From contig NC_086103.1 of assembly GCF_963921235.1 (NCBI RefSeq), positions 117,304,001 to 117,368,000 on the forward strand: a stretch of 64,000 nucleotides of DNA. Reading direction: 5' to 3'. Made by a program: the position numbers and the translations under genes. Origin of the DNA: Mobula hypostoma (Eukaryota). Positions within the stretch are counted from its first letter, which is position 1. Each line of letters starts with the position of its first letter. Shown here one piece after another: positions 11,459 to 26,200 of the stretch. The notes under the pieces were generated by a model. The model worked only from the letters and a program-made list of their open reading frames with translations. It was not told where the DNA came from and did not search any database.

Positions 11459-12807
11459 CTTGAAAGTGGCATAACAGGTAGAAGTTTACATACACCTTAA
11501 CCAAATACATTTAAACTCAGTTTTTCACAATTCCTGACACTTAATCCTAGAAAACATTCCCTGTCTTATTTCAGTTAGGATCACTAGTTTATTTTAAGAA
11601 TGTGAAATGTTGGAATAATAGTAGAGAGAATGATCTATTTCAGCTTTTATTTCTTTCATTACTCTCCCAGTGGGTCAGAAGTTTACATACACTTTGTTCG
11701 TATTTGGTAGCATTGCCTTTAAATTGTTTAACTTGGGTCAAACATTTTGGATAGCCTTCCACAAGCTTCTCACAGTAAGTTGCTGAAATTTTGTTCCATT
11801 CCTCCAGACAGAACTGATGTAACTGAGTCAGGTTTGTAGGCCTCCTTGCTCACATATGCTTTTTCAGTTCTGCCCACAAATCTTCTATTCCCACAGGAGT
11901 TATTTTTTCTCCAGTCTCACATCTCTCGGTCCCTTGTTTTCCTTTCAATTAGTTTTTTATGTTTTGGAGTTACAAAACATAACATTTATCCTTAAATGTA
12001 ACTCACATTTGACTTCACCTGGGCTGTGAGTAGTGGCACTGCAAAAGATGTTCATATCATTCTGCAGGAGAAGGAAGACTTTGTTCTTCATCGACATTTA
12101 TAATTATTGGATGAAAACAGAGTCAAACAAAAGTTTGATCCTGGTGTCACTTAGGCAGTTGAACAATGCGTTATAGAGGCCAACTCGAAGAAGGACCATT
12201 TATGCTATGTGCCATAAAGAATATTTAACAAGTGGTAACTATTTAATCATAACAGATGGAAATAAGTATCAACAATCATTGAAGTATAGAAACTTTTGCC
12301 ATCTTCTAGTAAAATAGAAAAGCGAAGGAAACCATGGGCACAACTGTCTACAGAAATGACAATTGGCAAAACATACAGAATCATTTAGCTAATAAGTTGT
12401 TCCTGTATCTAGAAGAGCCTGCATATACTCAAACGGACTGCAGGAAGAATATTAAAATCCCTTTTTAATACTGTAATGCAAAAATGGTTCATATTTTTAA
12501 AAGGAACATATTCTTAATTCTGAAAGGTATTTCTCATTTCCCAGAAATCTCAGTCATATTGTCACAGTTGGTAGCTGCAAAATAAATACTAGTTGTTAGG
12601 ATTTTCACAATTTGTTCCACTGGAAATCCACACATTGACCATTTCTCCTGTTCTGGGTGCCAACTCAATGGATTCCAAGCAGAAAATATTTAATAATGCC
12701 CAGATAATTATTCAGCATTGATTTTTTTTCTGGTTTGAACACCTGCAAACTGCTCCCATGTATGTATCAGTAATGTGTCGAGAGGGCCGGTTTCAACTTG
12801 TGTCGTA

Positions 12808-13130
12808 GTCACATAGCACAGAAACCTGCCCATTGGCTCACCAAGTCTGGCTGATAATATGCAACCATTACAATTCACTTATGTGGGTCCTACATTGGTC
12901 CCATGTTTTTATTTTCCCCATATTCTCATCAATCTACCTCAGATTCCACCACTCACCTACACACCCAGGGTAATTTACAGTGGCCAATTTAACTCCCAAA
13001 CTGTACAAAAATATTTGAGATGTTGGAGGAAACGAGAACACCCAGAGAAAACCTATGTAACCAACACCACGGTTAGGATGGAATCTGGGTCTGGCATTGT
13101 GAGGCAGCAGATCCACTAACTATGTCACTT
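12808..13130 (-). mobile_element. Old tRNA-derived SINE
   Basis: Similar to the SINE at 60275-60554 (aatttaca..gccaatt, ggaggaaac...cacccagagaaaacc). Confidence 0.6.
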
Positions 13131-13794
13131 ACCACTTTAAATAGGCCTAGATTAGACTCCTCGTTTCAATAAAATTATACTTAATTTATATTCCTTCATT
13201 TGAAGTTGTTAAGCAACAGTAATTTCGGATGAACAGGAATGGCCCTATAAACTTTGCTCTGAAATCTTCTTTCTTTCTTGATGTAAAGCTCATCTCAAAT
13301 TATCCAAAAAATTATTAATATCTCCAAGTATTTCTTATCTTATACACAGATGCGTTTGGTGTCCCCACTCTATCCTTTTAAGCCCAGCAAGCTAAATTAA
13401 AATTTGCTAATCATCCTACTTCTATTCTACTTCAATAATCTAATAACGTGTTTAGTTATAGAACTATTAAATTGACATCAAGTACCTTGCCTATAATACC
13501 GTTAATAAGGCCCTGTGAGAGTTAAATCACCAATTAAATGCCAAAAAAAGTAGGACAGCATTTATTACTTAAAGTCATGGCCATAAACTACACTGCAGGA
13601 TACAGAGCATCTTTGGAATCGCACAACCACCCATTACTTTAAATATGTAATAGTTGGATCTGTTCAGTGAGAAGCAATGTTTACAAAGTTTCTTTAACCC
13701 AGAGAGCGAATAGAACAATAAGGAATAATGACTTATTTCAGCTTTTGTTTCTTTCATCACTTTCCCAGTGGGTCAGAAGTTTACATACACTTTG

Positions 13795-14680
<886 letters not shown>

Positions 14681-15225
14681 GTTTGTACAGATGAACGTGG
14701 TACCTTCAGGCGTTTGGAAATTGCTCCCAAGGATAAACCAGACCTGACATCATTTTCTAACCTCAATCTGATAGAAAATTTGTGGGCAGAACTGAAAAAG
14801 TGTGTGCGAGCAAGGAGGCCTACAAACCTGACTCAGTTACACCAGTTCTGTCTAGAGGAATGGAACAAAATTCCAACAGCTTACTGTGAGAAGCTTGTGG
14901 AAAGCTATCCAAAACGTTTGACCCAAGTTAAACAATTTAAAGGCAATGCTACCAAATACTAACAAAATGTAGATAAACTTCTGACCCACTGGGAAAGTGA
15001 TGAAAGAAATAAAAGCTGAAATAAATCATTCTCTCTACTATTATTCTGACATTTCACATTCTTAAAATAAAGTAGTGATCCTAACTGACCTAAGACAGGG
15101 AATGTTTTCTAGGATTAAATGTCAGGAATTGTGAAAAACTGAGTTTAAATGTATTTGGCTAAGGTGTATGTAAACTTCTGACTTCAACTGTATCCGCATT
15201 AAGTTTCCCCAGCCATTTTTCAGCC

Positions 15226-16165
15226 TAGAGGGGCTGTACTGGCCCTGGTTTGGGATAATGAACCTGGCCAGATGGCCAACCTTTCAGTGGGTGAACATTT
15301 AGGGAACCGTGACCACAAATCCTTAAGTTTTAAGATAGCTACAGAGAAAGATAAATATGGACCTGGGGGGAGAGTATTACATTGGAGCAGGGCAACTTAC
15401 AAGAGTATTAGACAGGAACTAGGGTCAGTTAATTTGGAACAGCTGTTTTTGGGCAAGTTTACATCTGACATGAGGAAGGTGTTTAAAGACTGACTGAACA
15501 GAGTACAGGACAGGTACTGTATGTTCCAGTCAGAAGGAAGGACAAGGATGGCAAGGGAACCTTGGATGTTGAGAGAGTTGGTGAACTTAGTCAAGAAGAA
15601 AAAGGTGAAGTATGTAAAGCTTAGCAAGCTGGAATCAAACAAAGCCCATGAGGATTATAAAGAAGCCAGAAAAGAACTCAAGGTGGGAATTAGGAAAGCA
15701 ACAGGGACCATGAAAAGTCCTTGGCAAGTAGGATTAAAGAGAATTCCAAGACATTCTATACATACATCAAGAGTAAGAGGAAACTAGGGAGGGGGTAGAA
15801 ACACTCAAGGATAAGGGGGGAATATTTGCTTGGATGTAGAGAATGTGGGAGAGGGACGTGGCGGACAGAGAGATCAGTGCTGAGTGTATTGATATACTTC
15901 TTCACACAGAGTTCCAGAAGTTGAGTGAAGAGTGAAAAGGCATTGACAGAGAGTGGTGGATGCCTGGAACGTGCTGCCTGGGGTGGAGGTAGAGACATTT
16001 ATAAGAGACTTTTATGAGGCATTTAGATAGGCATAGAAGGACATGGACATTGTGCAGGTGGAAGAGTTTATTTAGACATTTGAATACTAATTTAATTGGT
16101 TCAGCACAACATTGTGGCCCCAAGTGTCTGTTCCTGTGCTGCCCTGGTCTACATTCTGTGTTGTA
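15226..16165 (+). mobile_element. Old CR1 LINE fragments (endonuclease/tether joined to a 3' end)
   Basis: EHLGNRDH, REPW motifs and a CR1-type 3' UTR. Confidence 0.7.
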
Positions 16166-16509
16166 CAGGTGTATTAATGGTGCCTGAAGCTGAAGGGAGA
16201 TCTACTCACCCAGCAAAGTGGCTGAGGGCAACTTCCATTCCATAGGCAAAAACTCAAATAGTACTCACCTTTCTAATAGAGGGAACACTCAGCTGGGAAA
16301 TAGTGATTCACACTATACATTCTAAATAAAATGAAAAGTAACAAACAAATACAGACAACACAGTGAGTGCAAAACATAATATAAAATTATTTCTTAAATA
16401 ATGTAGAAGATCGCTAAGAAGAAATTAACTTGACAAAAGTGTTTCTCCATGGATAAAGCCAATGGTCTATCTGATAAGAATAATGAAAATATGCATAGAA
16501 TGGCAAACA

Positions 16510-16887
16510 CAGTACTGTGCAAAAGTCTTAGGCGTGCTAGATAGAGCCCTGATCTCAATCTCATCAAGACTGTCTGGGATTAGCGGGAGAGACAGAAGCA
16601 AGTGAAACAGCCAAAGTCTGCACAAGAACTGTAGCAAGTTTGCCAAGGTGCTTGGAACAACCTGCCAGCTCATTTTCTCATAAAACTGCATGACAGAGCA
16701 CCTAACAGAATTAATGTACTTTTAAAGGTGGTCACACCAAATATTGATTTGATTCTGTTTTATACTGTCTGATGCTCTTTATAGTCATTTTTGATACTTA
16801 GAAACCTTTCAATTCATAATTTTAAAAAAATCTTCACTTTACGGAATTTTTATTTACACGTGCTAAGATATTTGCACAGTAGTACTG
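16510..16887. mobile_element. Tc1-derived MITE
   Basis: Imperfect TIRs CAGTACTGTGCAAAAGTCTTAG ... CTAAGATATTTGCACAGT(AGT)ACTG, followed by TA on the right. Confidence 0.7.
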
Positions 16888-17282
16888 TATGCACAGCAAA
16901 TAAAATTTTGGTCTGAATGTTCTTTGGCTTTTGACTGCCATTGTCATTCTTTACATGGTCCATGGTAAGCTTCACTGAAGGTCAAAGGTAGGTTGCATGC
17001 AAAAATCATGACAAGCAATCTTAACACTGTTTAGAACTTACCAGCCAAAGCACTGCCTCTTTCTTTATATTTCACTGATTAGGTGGAAAGAATATCTATC
17101 AGGAATCAGTGATAATCTTTTGTAGAGTTGATGATATAGCAGAGCAAAGTTTTGCTTTACTTTTGAAAATATGTTCCAGTTTTTTCACAGTATATAATCT
17201 AAACAACTTGCATACAAGTGTAATTTTAAAATCGGTCTGTAGAATATGCACTGTAGCTATTTGTCAATTTCTGCAAACTCAC

Positions 17283-17428
17283 CTAGGGACATCATCTTTT
17301 TGCATTACAGACTGACTGACTCTGGCTAGCTCCTTCCGTAGTTGTTTCTGTTCCAGGTGGTTTACTTGCAGTAGATCATCTCGTGATTGCAATTCAGTCT
17401 GGAAGTCTAAAAGTTTTAACTCCATTTT
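17283..17428 (-). CDS. DEUP1: DEUP1-like coding exon (146 nt, phase 0 to 2): KMELKLLDFQTELQSRDDLLQVNHLEQKQLRKELARVSQSVMQKDDVP(R)
   Basis: Acceptor tgtctAG, donor GTGAGT; ELQSRDDLL matches the DEUP1 motif as I recall it. Confidence 0.85.
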
Positions 17429-17515
17429 CTAGACACATAATATCAATAACTCAATTAGACCACCTTACTGAGCTATAAGATCAAGAGTCTTCAAAATTGA
17501 TCATCCGCATAATTT

Positions 17516-18823
17516 TAAAAACGCAAACAACAGGAATTCTGCAGATGCTGGAAATTCAAGCAACTCACATCAAAGTTGCTGGTGAACGCAGCAGGCCAGG
17601 CAGCATCTCTAGGAAGAGGTGCAGTTGACGTTTCAGGCCGAGACCCTTCGTCAGGACTAACTGAAGGAAGAGTTAGTAAGAGATTTGAAAGTGGGAGGGG
17701 GAGGGGGAGATCCAAAATGATAGGAGAAGACAGGAGGGGGAGGAATGGAGCCAAGAGCTGAGCAGGTGATTGGCAAAGGGGATATGAGAGGATCATGGGA
17801 CAGGAGGTCCGGGGAGAAAGACAACGGGGGAGGGGGCCACCAGCCTCCGGGTCCAACATATTATTCTCTGTAACTTCCGCCACCTCCAACGGGATCCCAC
17901 CACTAAGCACATCTTTCCCTCCCCCCCCCCCGCTTTCCGCAGGGATTCCTCCCTACGCGACTCCCTTGTCCATTCGTCCCCCCCCCCCATCCCTCCCCAC
18001 TGATCTCCCTCCTGGCACTTATCCTTGTAAGCAGAACAAGTGCTACACATGCCCTTACACTTCCTCCCTTACCACCATTCAGGGCCCCAGACAGTCCTTC
18101 CAGGTGAGGCAACACTTCACCTGTGAGTCGGCTGGGGTGACGTACTGCGTCCGGTGCTCCCGATGTGGCCTTCTATATATTGGCGAGACCCGACGCAGAC
18201 TGGGAGACTGCTTTGCTGAACATCCGTGCTCTGTCCGCCAGAGAAAGCAGGATCTCCCAGTGGTCACACATTTTAATTCTACATCCAATTCCCATTCTGA
18301 CATGTCTATCCACGGCCTCCTCTACTGTAAATACGAAGCCACACTCAGGTTGGAGGAACAACACCTTATATTCCATCTGGGTAGCCTCCAACCTGATGGC
18401 ATGAACATTGACTTCTCTAACTTCCGCTAATGCCCCACCTCCCCCTCGTACCCCATCCGTTAGTTACTTTTATACACACATTCTTTCTCTCACTCTCCTT
18501 TTTCTCCCTCTGTCCCTCTGACAATACCCCTTGCCCATCCTCTGGCTCCCCACCCCCCCGCCGTCTTTCTCCCCGGACCTCCTGTCCCATGATCCTCTCA
18601 TATCTCCTTTGCCAATCACCTGTCCAGCTCTTGGCTCCATCCCTCCCCCTCCTGTCTTCTCCTATCATTTTGGATCTCCCCCTCCTCCTCCCACTTTCAA
18701 ATCTCTTACTAACTCTTCCTTCAGTTAGTCCTGACGAAGGGTCGTGGCCTGAAACCTCGACTGTACCTCTTCCTAGAGATGCTGCCTGGCCTGCTGTGTT
18801 CACCAGCAACTTTGACGTGTGTT
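17516..18823. mobile_element. Penelope-like element with inverted pseudo-LTR (GIY-YIG C-terminus on +, inverted 3' UTR copy at left)
   Basis: ORF 17795-18430 carries CxxxxCxTC, YCVRC..CGLLYIGET, EEQHLIF; 13-bp TSD ATC(C/T)GCATAATTT at 17503-17515 and 18824-18836; hammerheads at 17623-17658 (-) and 18727-18762 (+). Confidence 0.9.
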
Positions 18824-20229
18824 ATCTGCATAATTTGGAAGGTTTCTCTCAGCCACAGGCCTCTTGTGTTCACCACAGACCTCTGAACCATGCATTTTCC
18901 TAGACTTACTGGAAGTTTTATTGCCATTTTGAATCAGCTACTCTGATTCAACATGGCAAGTGTTTGCATAGAGTCTTCTGTGAATTGTGCAATCAAAATT
19001 ATAGGTAGGGGGGCAATGTGATGGTAACCAGATCAAATGCCCAAAGAAAAGGCCAAAAAGAAACTGACAATTGGCAAAGCAGTGGGCCAGCTAAGTCAAC
19101 TGTCATATCTGACAGTGGCTTCAGAATTCTCTTGCTATTAAGAAACATTTAAAAGAAGCAAACTATTGAATTTTAAAAAATGTTAAAATAACTTAAAGTA
19201 AAACATAATTAAACAATTAAAATATAAAATCAAATTCAATTCTTAAAAATACATAAATTATGATATACTAACGCTAGTCTCCCTTATGAATGAATAGACT
19301 CACTGAGTTTAGCAGGCAACCACGAAACAATTGCAGTTGTCTTATCCTGGGCTATTATGCTCCATTAGGACAGCATTAAAGGAAACATGGGGTGTTCAAT
19401 GGCAAAGATTAGGCAGCAAGTCTGGAACTTTTGTATTAGTAAAAGAAATTCGTACTTATGAGTAAACACTGAGAAATGTTGGCAATTTTCAGTGGTTCTA
19501 GCCCAAAGGCATTGCATGTCTACATCCATTGGAAAACACAAGCATATAAGTGAAAACTAAAAACAGGTCTTGAATCTTTTTGGAAGAATATGTAATCAGT
19601 GTCTAAAAAAACTTTAGGGAAAAAGTAACACAGCAATAAGGACATGTTATATAAATATTTTGTCCCAAGCTATTTTTTCTAAAATACCTAATTGTATATA
19701 CTGTAGTTGGAAGAAGAAACAAAATATTATCTACTTAACTCAAAAAATTACACTAGCAAATTCCTGCCTTACTTTTCTCATGTGTTCTCTTATTTTGTTC
19801 CACTTTGCTTCTGCACTTTCTGTACTCTGCTTGTTGTCACTCAGGTTATCGATGTCGCATTTGGCACACAGTATGGCCTTTATAACAGTTTTGTTTAACT
19901 CAGGAATATCTTGGATCATCCAGGCAGTACTTTTACAATTTCACAAACTTCTCCCTCCTGATAATATAAATAGCATTTAGCTTAAACATCTCCACCTTGA
20001 AGATTTCCTATTGTTCAATCGCCAGCCAAGCTTTGATACCAGTATTTCAGGCCAGGTCTGTTCTTATCTCACTGAAACTTGTCTTTCCACAGTTTTCTGT
20101 TTTACCTTGGAGTGACTTTTTAAACTCTTAATTTTCTTAATAAATTGCATTGATTTTCAATCAAACATTTAAATATTATTTCATAATTTTTCAGAAATAT
20201 CCATTTTAAAATGAAATAAATGTAAGTCC

Positions 20230-21440
20230 TTGGAAAAAGTGATCCAGCCATTGCTGACTGATGAGGTTAAGGGGAAGTTTAGATTAAAAGAGGAAGCATC
20301 AGAAATTGAGGAATGATAACAAGCCCCATGACTGGGAAATTTTCAGAAAGATAACCAAAGGGTTGGGACTGAGGTCTGGATAGTGGATAGTGGGTGTGGC
20401 AGTGGTCAAAATTGGGATCTGGAACACATCTGGATTAGGAGCACGAGTTGGCACAGTAAATTACAGTAAAATGACAAAAGGACAGAAGTCTCTATCCGAA
20501 TACACAATGCATTCATGATAGCTGAATTGGTGGCGCAAGGATAAAATAGATTGAATGAAAAACCATTATACAGATCTGGTTGCAAAGTGACCATATTTGG
20601 GAATTAAGTACTCCAGGATTCTAAACATTCAGAAAAGACAGGCACAAATTGGAAAAGAGATGTTGGCTTGGTAATGAAGCATGTGATAAAGGCTATATAG
20701 AAATTACCTCAGCTCAAAAATCAAGAAGAATAATCAGTTTGGGTTGAACAGAAAACAGTTTTGGGAGTTACCCATACAGTTACACCAAAAAAAAATCAGG
20801 AAACTGGAGGTAGGCAATAACAAAATACAGGTAATATAATAATCATGAGAAATTTTATCAATGCATAGCAGTAATGGTGTGGATAAAAAATTAATAGAAC
20901 ATACAAGTGTTGGGTTTCTGTATGAGTATTTTGAGGAACCAATGATGGAACAGCCTGTTTTATTGTTGTACATTGACAATGCTCAAATTAAAAATCTGAT
21001 AATTAAGGGACATTTAAAGAAGAGTAAACAAAAGATGATAGCATTTGATATCAAATGAAAGTGGTTTCAATCATTCGGAATCCAAATCTAAGCAAGTCAG
21101 GTCACAAAAGGTATGAGGTATGAATGTGCTATCATGGATTGCGAAACAACATTAAAACATAGAATAGTAAATAAGAGGCAGCTAATAGTTAAATAATTGA
21201 TATGTAGCTTACAATAAATAGATCTCTTCTAAGGCACAGAATTCAAAAGGAAACGGACTCCAGCACTGGCTTGTAAGAGACATTTAAAATGGCATTTGAT
21301 CAAAGGAAACGGTTTATTCCATTGTCAGAAGGAACTGCGAGCCCAAGGATTAGGATAACTTCAGAACTTAGAAACAAGCACCAAGAAATTGATAAGGGAA
21401 GACAAAGTAATTAGAAAGGTAATGGAGCAAGAATCATATA
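20230..21440 (+). mobile_element. Ancient, highly decayed CR1 ORF2 (endonuclease/tether region)
   Basis: Residual similarity to the endonuclease region of the CR1 at 32160-33180. Confidence 0.55.
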
Positions 21441-21554
21441 AACTACAATTCTAAAGATGTAATGAACAGAATGTTTGTGTTCTTCACACAGTTCAGTATC
21501 AGAACAAATAAGAAGATCTAAAATTTTGCATGCAAGTTAGGTTTAGCATAAGCA

Positions 21555-22350
21555 TATAAGACCATAAAATATATAGAAGCAGAATTAGGCCATTTGGCCC
21601 ATCGAGTCTGCTCCAACATTTCATTGCCTTAGGAAGGTGGTGTCCATCATGAAGGACCCCCACCACCCAGGATATGCCCTCTTCACACCGTTACTGTCGG
21701 GAAGGAGGTTCAGAAGTCTGAAGGCACACACTGGGCGATTCAGGAACAGCATCCTCCCCTCTACCATCCGATTTCTAAATGGACATTGAACCCACGAACA
21801 CTATCTCACTACGTTTTTATTCCTGTTATTTTGCATCACTTATTTTAACTGAACTATTTAATAGACATATATACTTAATGTAATGCTGATTTTTCCCCTC
21901 TATATCTATTTATCATGTAGTTCATTGCACTGCTGCTGTTAAGTTAACGCATTTCATGACATATGCTGGTGATATTAAATCTGATTCTGATTTCGATTCT
22001 TCATGGCTGATCCATTTTCCCTCTCAGCCCCAATCTCCTGCCTTCTCACCGTATCCCTTCATGCCCTGACTAATCAAGAATCTATCAACTCTGCCTTAAA
22101 TATACCCAATGACTTGGCCTCCGCAGCTGCCTGTAGCAACGAATTCCACAGATTCACCACTCTCTGGCTAAAGAAATTCCTTCTCATCTCCATTCTAAAA
22201 GGATACCCCTCTATTCTGAGGCTGTGTCCTCTGGTCTTGGACTCCCCTACCACAGGAAACATCTTCTCCTCATCCACGCTATCAAGAACTTTCAAAATTT
22301 GATAGGTTTCAATGAGGTCACCCCTTATTCTTCTGAATTCCAGTGTGTAC
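21555..22350 (-). mobile_element. CR1 3' end containing a nested Rex1-type 3' end (~21626-21998, +)
   Basis: LEFRRIRGDLIETY...FSQRVVNLWNSL; the insert has SIMKDPHHPG...LLSGRRFRS and a (ATTCTG)n tail. Confidence 0.8.
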
Positions 22351-23225
22351 AAAGTTTGCCTTAAACCCCTATAAAAGGAATTCCATTGACAAAATGGGAC
22401 CTACTTTTAAATTTCCCCAAATGAAAATTGTCAGAATTATGCCTTGAGAATCTAGAGAAAGAGTTTCAATCTAACGTATATGGATAGTGGCACAGCCTAA
22501 AATATTTCTTTTTAGGTTATGCATGCCAAAACTCTCTTCAAAACTAATAAGAAAAGGGTTAAAGTTCAGGCTGCTTTTTCTTCAACTGGCTAAATCAATT
22601 AGCAATTATATTTATTAGAAGATACTTTTAATGGGTAAATATTATTTTAAATGCTAATTGCAATTAGAAAATGGTTAGTGTATTTCCTATAAATGGAAAT
22701 CCTCTTGACTGTGTCCAAAATGCTCAAGGGATGACATTCTCTGCATTTTTTTTCACTCTGCAGAGGGGACAGCTCAGTCTTCTGATGCAAAAGATCACCT
22801 AGAATATCTACATATTGTTAAAATATAACTATTGTTCATTCTAGCATACCACCATTTTTGTACTGTTGTTGACATTTCTTAAAGCACAAAACCTATAAAA
22901 TTGCTTAAGATGCCATAAAGAAAGGGGAAGGCTGCAATGGTTTTGCCAAGGCTGCAGCATTAGAGGCTCAAACCGCAGTGGGAAGATCTAATTTGCATTC
23001 AGTGGACTGGGGCAAGATGACTGCAGCAAAAGGCTTGAAGTGCAGAAGAAAGAGCAAATCTCCAACCTAGTGATCGAAGAAAAGCTGAAGGAAGAAACTG
23101 CATTTTGCTGCTTTGGAAATGTTAACAATGCTTCTAATACAATATTTTTGACTGGATCAATGTTCTTTTCTTGGATTTACTGCTAAGCTTTAAAATAGCC
23201 TATGCACTGGCTGCCAAATAATTGA

Positions 23226-26200
23226 GACCATAAGTTGCAGGAGCAGAATTAAGCCATTCAGCCCAATGAGGCTGCTTTACTATTCAATCATGGCTGATTG
23301 ATTTTTCCCTCTCAACACAATTCTCCTGCCCTTTCCCCTTGACTTTTGATGCTCTTACAAATCAAGAAACTATCAACCTCCGCTTTAATTATACTCAATG
23401 ACTTGTCCTTCACAGCCTTCTATAGCAACGAATTCCATAGGATCACCATCCCTCTGGCTAAAGAAATTACTCCTCATCTCTGTTCTAAAGGTACATTCTT
23501 CTATTCTGAGGCTGTGCCCTACAGTCCTAGAGTCTCCCACCAACAAGCCCTCCACATCTACTCTGTCTAGGTCTTTCAATATTCGTTAGGCTTTAATGTG
23601 CTCCCCCTCTTTCTTCTAAATTTGAGCAAGTACAGGCATAGAAACATCTCAAACATTCCTCATATGTTAATCCTTTATTTCCTGGGAACATTTTTGTAAA
23701 TTACCTCTGAACCCTCTCCAAAGCCAGCATATTCTTATATGCATTCTAATAGGGTCAAATGCTGCTCACAATATTCCAAATGTGCTCTCTCTAATACCTC
23801 ATAAAGCTTCAGCATTACCCCCTTCCTTTTACAATCTAGTCTCTCTGAAATGAATGCTAACATTGCATTTGCCTTCCTTACTACTGACTCAACCTCAAGT
23901 TAACTTTTAGGAAATCCTGCTTGAGGACTCCCAGGTTCCTCTGGACCTCCGATTTCTGAATTTACTTCCCATTTAGAAAATAGTCTACACTTTTATTTCT
24001 TCTATCAAAGTGCATGACCACGCACTTTCCTACATTGTCTTCCATCTGTCAATTCTTTGCCCATTCTCTTGATCTGTCCAAATCCTTCTGCAGACTACCT
24101 GCTTCCTCAACACTATCTGCCTCTCCACTTACCTTTGTATCATCTGCAGACCTGGCCTCAAATGTGTCAGTTCCGTCATCCAGATCATTGACATCTAACG
24201 TGAAAAGCAGTGGCCCCAAAATTAACCACTGTGGAACACCTCTAGTCACTGGCAGCCCCCTTTATTCTGATCCTTTGCCTTTTACAAGTCAGCCAATCAT
24301 CTGTCCATGCAGGCATCTTTCCTTTAAGACCATAGGCACTTAGCTTGTTTAGCAGCCTCATGTACAGCAACTTGTCAAAAGCCTTCTGAAAATCCAAGTA
24401 AACAACATCCATTGACTCTGCTTTGTCTATCCTGCCTGTTATTTCCTCAATGATTTCCAACACAGTTGTCAAGCAAGATTTCCCCTCAGGGAAACCTTGC
24501 GACTTTGGCCTATTTTATCATGGGACTTTAAGAACCTCCAAAATTCCTCCCTGATAATGTACTCTAATATCTTGCCAATCACTGGTCAGGATAACTGGCC
24601 TATAATTTAGAGCACTTACTTATTTATTGCCTATTATGCTGCTGATGTTTAGGGTAGCAATGAGGGTCCTCTGTCGCTACCCTTGGCCATTTTCTCTATA
24701 GTGCCCCAGGTGTAGTTCACGGTCCTCATTTCTTCCTCTATGTTACAGTGCCAAGTTGTCTTTGGCCTAGCGTGCTAGTGTTATTGTTCCAGAAACCAAT
24801 TTTGATCTTGGCCTTGGTGGTGTACAGGGCTTTATTCATCATGCCAGTAGCTTCCTCTCAGTTTTCATTACTGTAAGCCACACAAGTCCTGAGTGGAGAC
24901 TCCGGAGTACCATCACACACAGATGTAGAAAGATTCTCATTGCTGTTTCTGTAACGGTTTTGTTTGATCAGCCAGGGTCAAACAACTCTCAAACCTGGAG
25001 GACCGGTGGACCACTCTTAGTTTGGCCTCTACCCTTTGACCTGTTTGGCATGGGTGACCCTACCAAGAGCTAAAGCACAAGGTCCTGACTCCAGCCAGCA
25101 TAGCTCTCTGTGTCACTAAGGCATGCAAACTTCCAAACCATGGTAACGTTATGGTCCGTGTGGGGGATAATATGTCATTTAGGGTGACTCACAAAATGCT
25201 GGATGAACTCAGCAGTTCGGGTAGGATTTATTGAAAGAAATAAATAGTTGAAGTCTATAATTTCCTGTCTTTTTCTCCTTCCCTTCTTAAATGTTGGAGT
25301 GACATTTGAAATTGTCCAGTGCTCCAGAACCATAACGGAATATTGTGATTCTTGAAAAATCACTACTAATACCTCCACCATCTTCCCAAAGCTGAAATGG
25401 ATAATACGAGATGGCACAGTTTTAGGGTGCTTGGAATTAGGTACAGAGGAGATGTCAGGGATAAGTTCTTTACGCAGAGAGTGGTGAGTGCGTGGAATAG
25501 GCTGCCGGTAAGGGTGGTGGAGGTGGATACGATAGGGTCTTTTAAGAGACTCTTGGATAGATACATGGAGCTTAGAAAAATAGAGGGCTATTTGTAACCC
25601 TTGGTAATTTCTAAAGGAAGTACATGTTCGGCACAGCATTGTGGGCCAAAGGGCCTGTATTGTGCTGTGGGTTTTCTATGTTTCTATGTTTCAATCTCTT
25701 CAGCTACCTTTTTCAGAACCTAGATTGTAGTTTATTTGGTCTAGGTGACTTATTTACTGTTCTGTCAGACCGTTCAGCTTCCATAGCAACTTCTCCTTAG
25801 CAATAGCAGCCACGCTAACTTCTGCTTCCTGACACTCTCGAATTTCCGGCATGCTGCTGTTACCTTCCACAGTGAGGACCGACACAAAATACGTATTGAG
25901 GTTGTTCACTATTTCTTTGTTCCTCATTACTACCTACCCGGTGTCATTCTTCAGCAGTCCAATGCCCACTTTTGGCTCTCTTGTATTCTATATATTTGAA
26001 AAGACTTTTGGAATCCTCTTTTATATTAGCTATCTTAACTTCATATTTCATCTTTGCTTTTTAATTTCCTCCTTTTGGGTTTTAATAGCTTCCCACTTTT
26101 TAAATTGCATGTCCACTCATTTGTGTTTATGCTGCCTTTGTCAACCATGGCTGCCTCACGCTTCCCTTAAAATGCTTCTCTGTTGGAGTGAACTAAGCCT

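Noticed and set aside
17040-17208. Candidate next DEUP1 exon (RLYTVKKLEHIFK...) ending at a GTAAGT
   Set aside because: In-frame TGA before the strong donor, weak acceptor, no recognisable similarity
19773-19920. Open stretch MIQDIPELNK...KWNKIREHMRK with GTAAGG donor
   Set aside because: No in-frame acceptor, upstream stops, similarity too weak to call an exon
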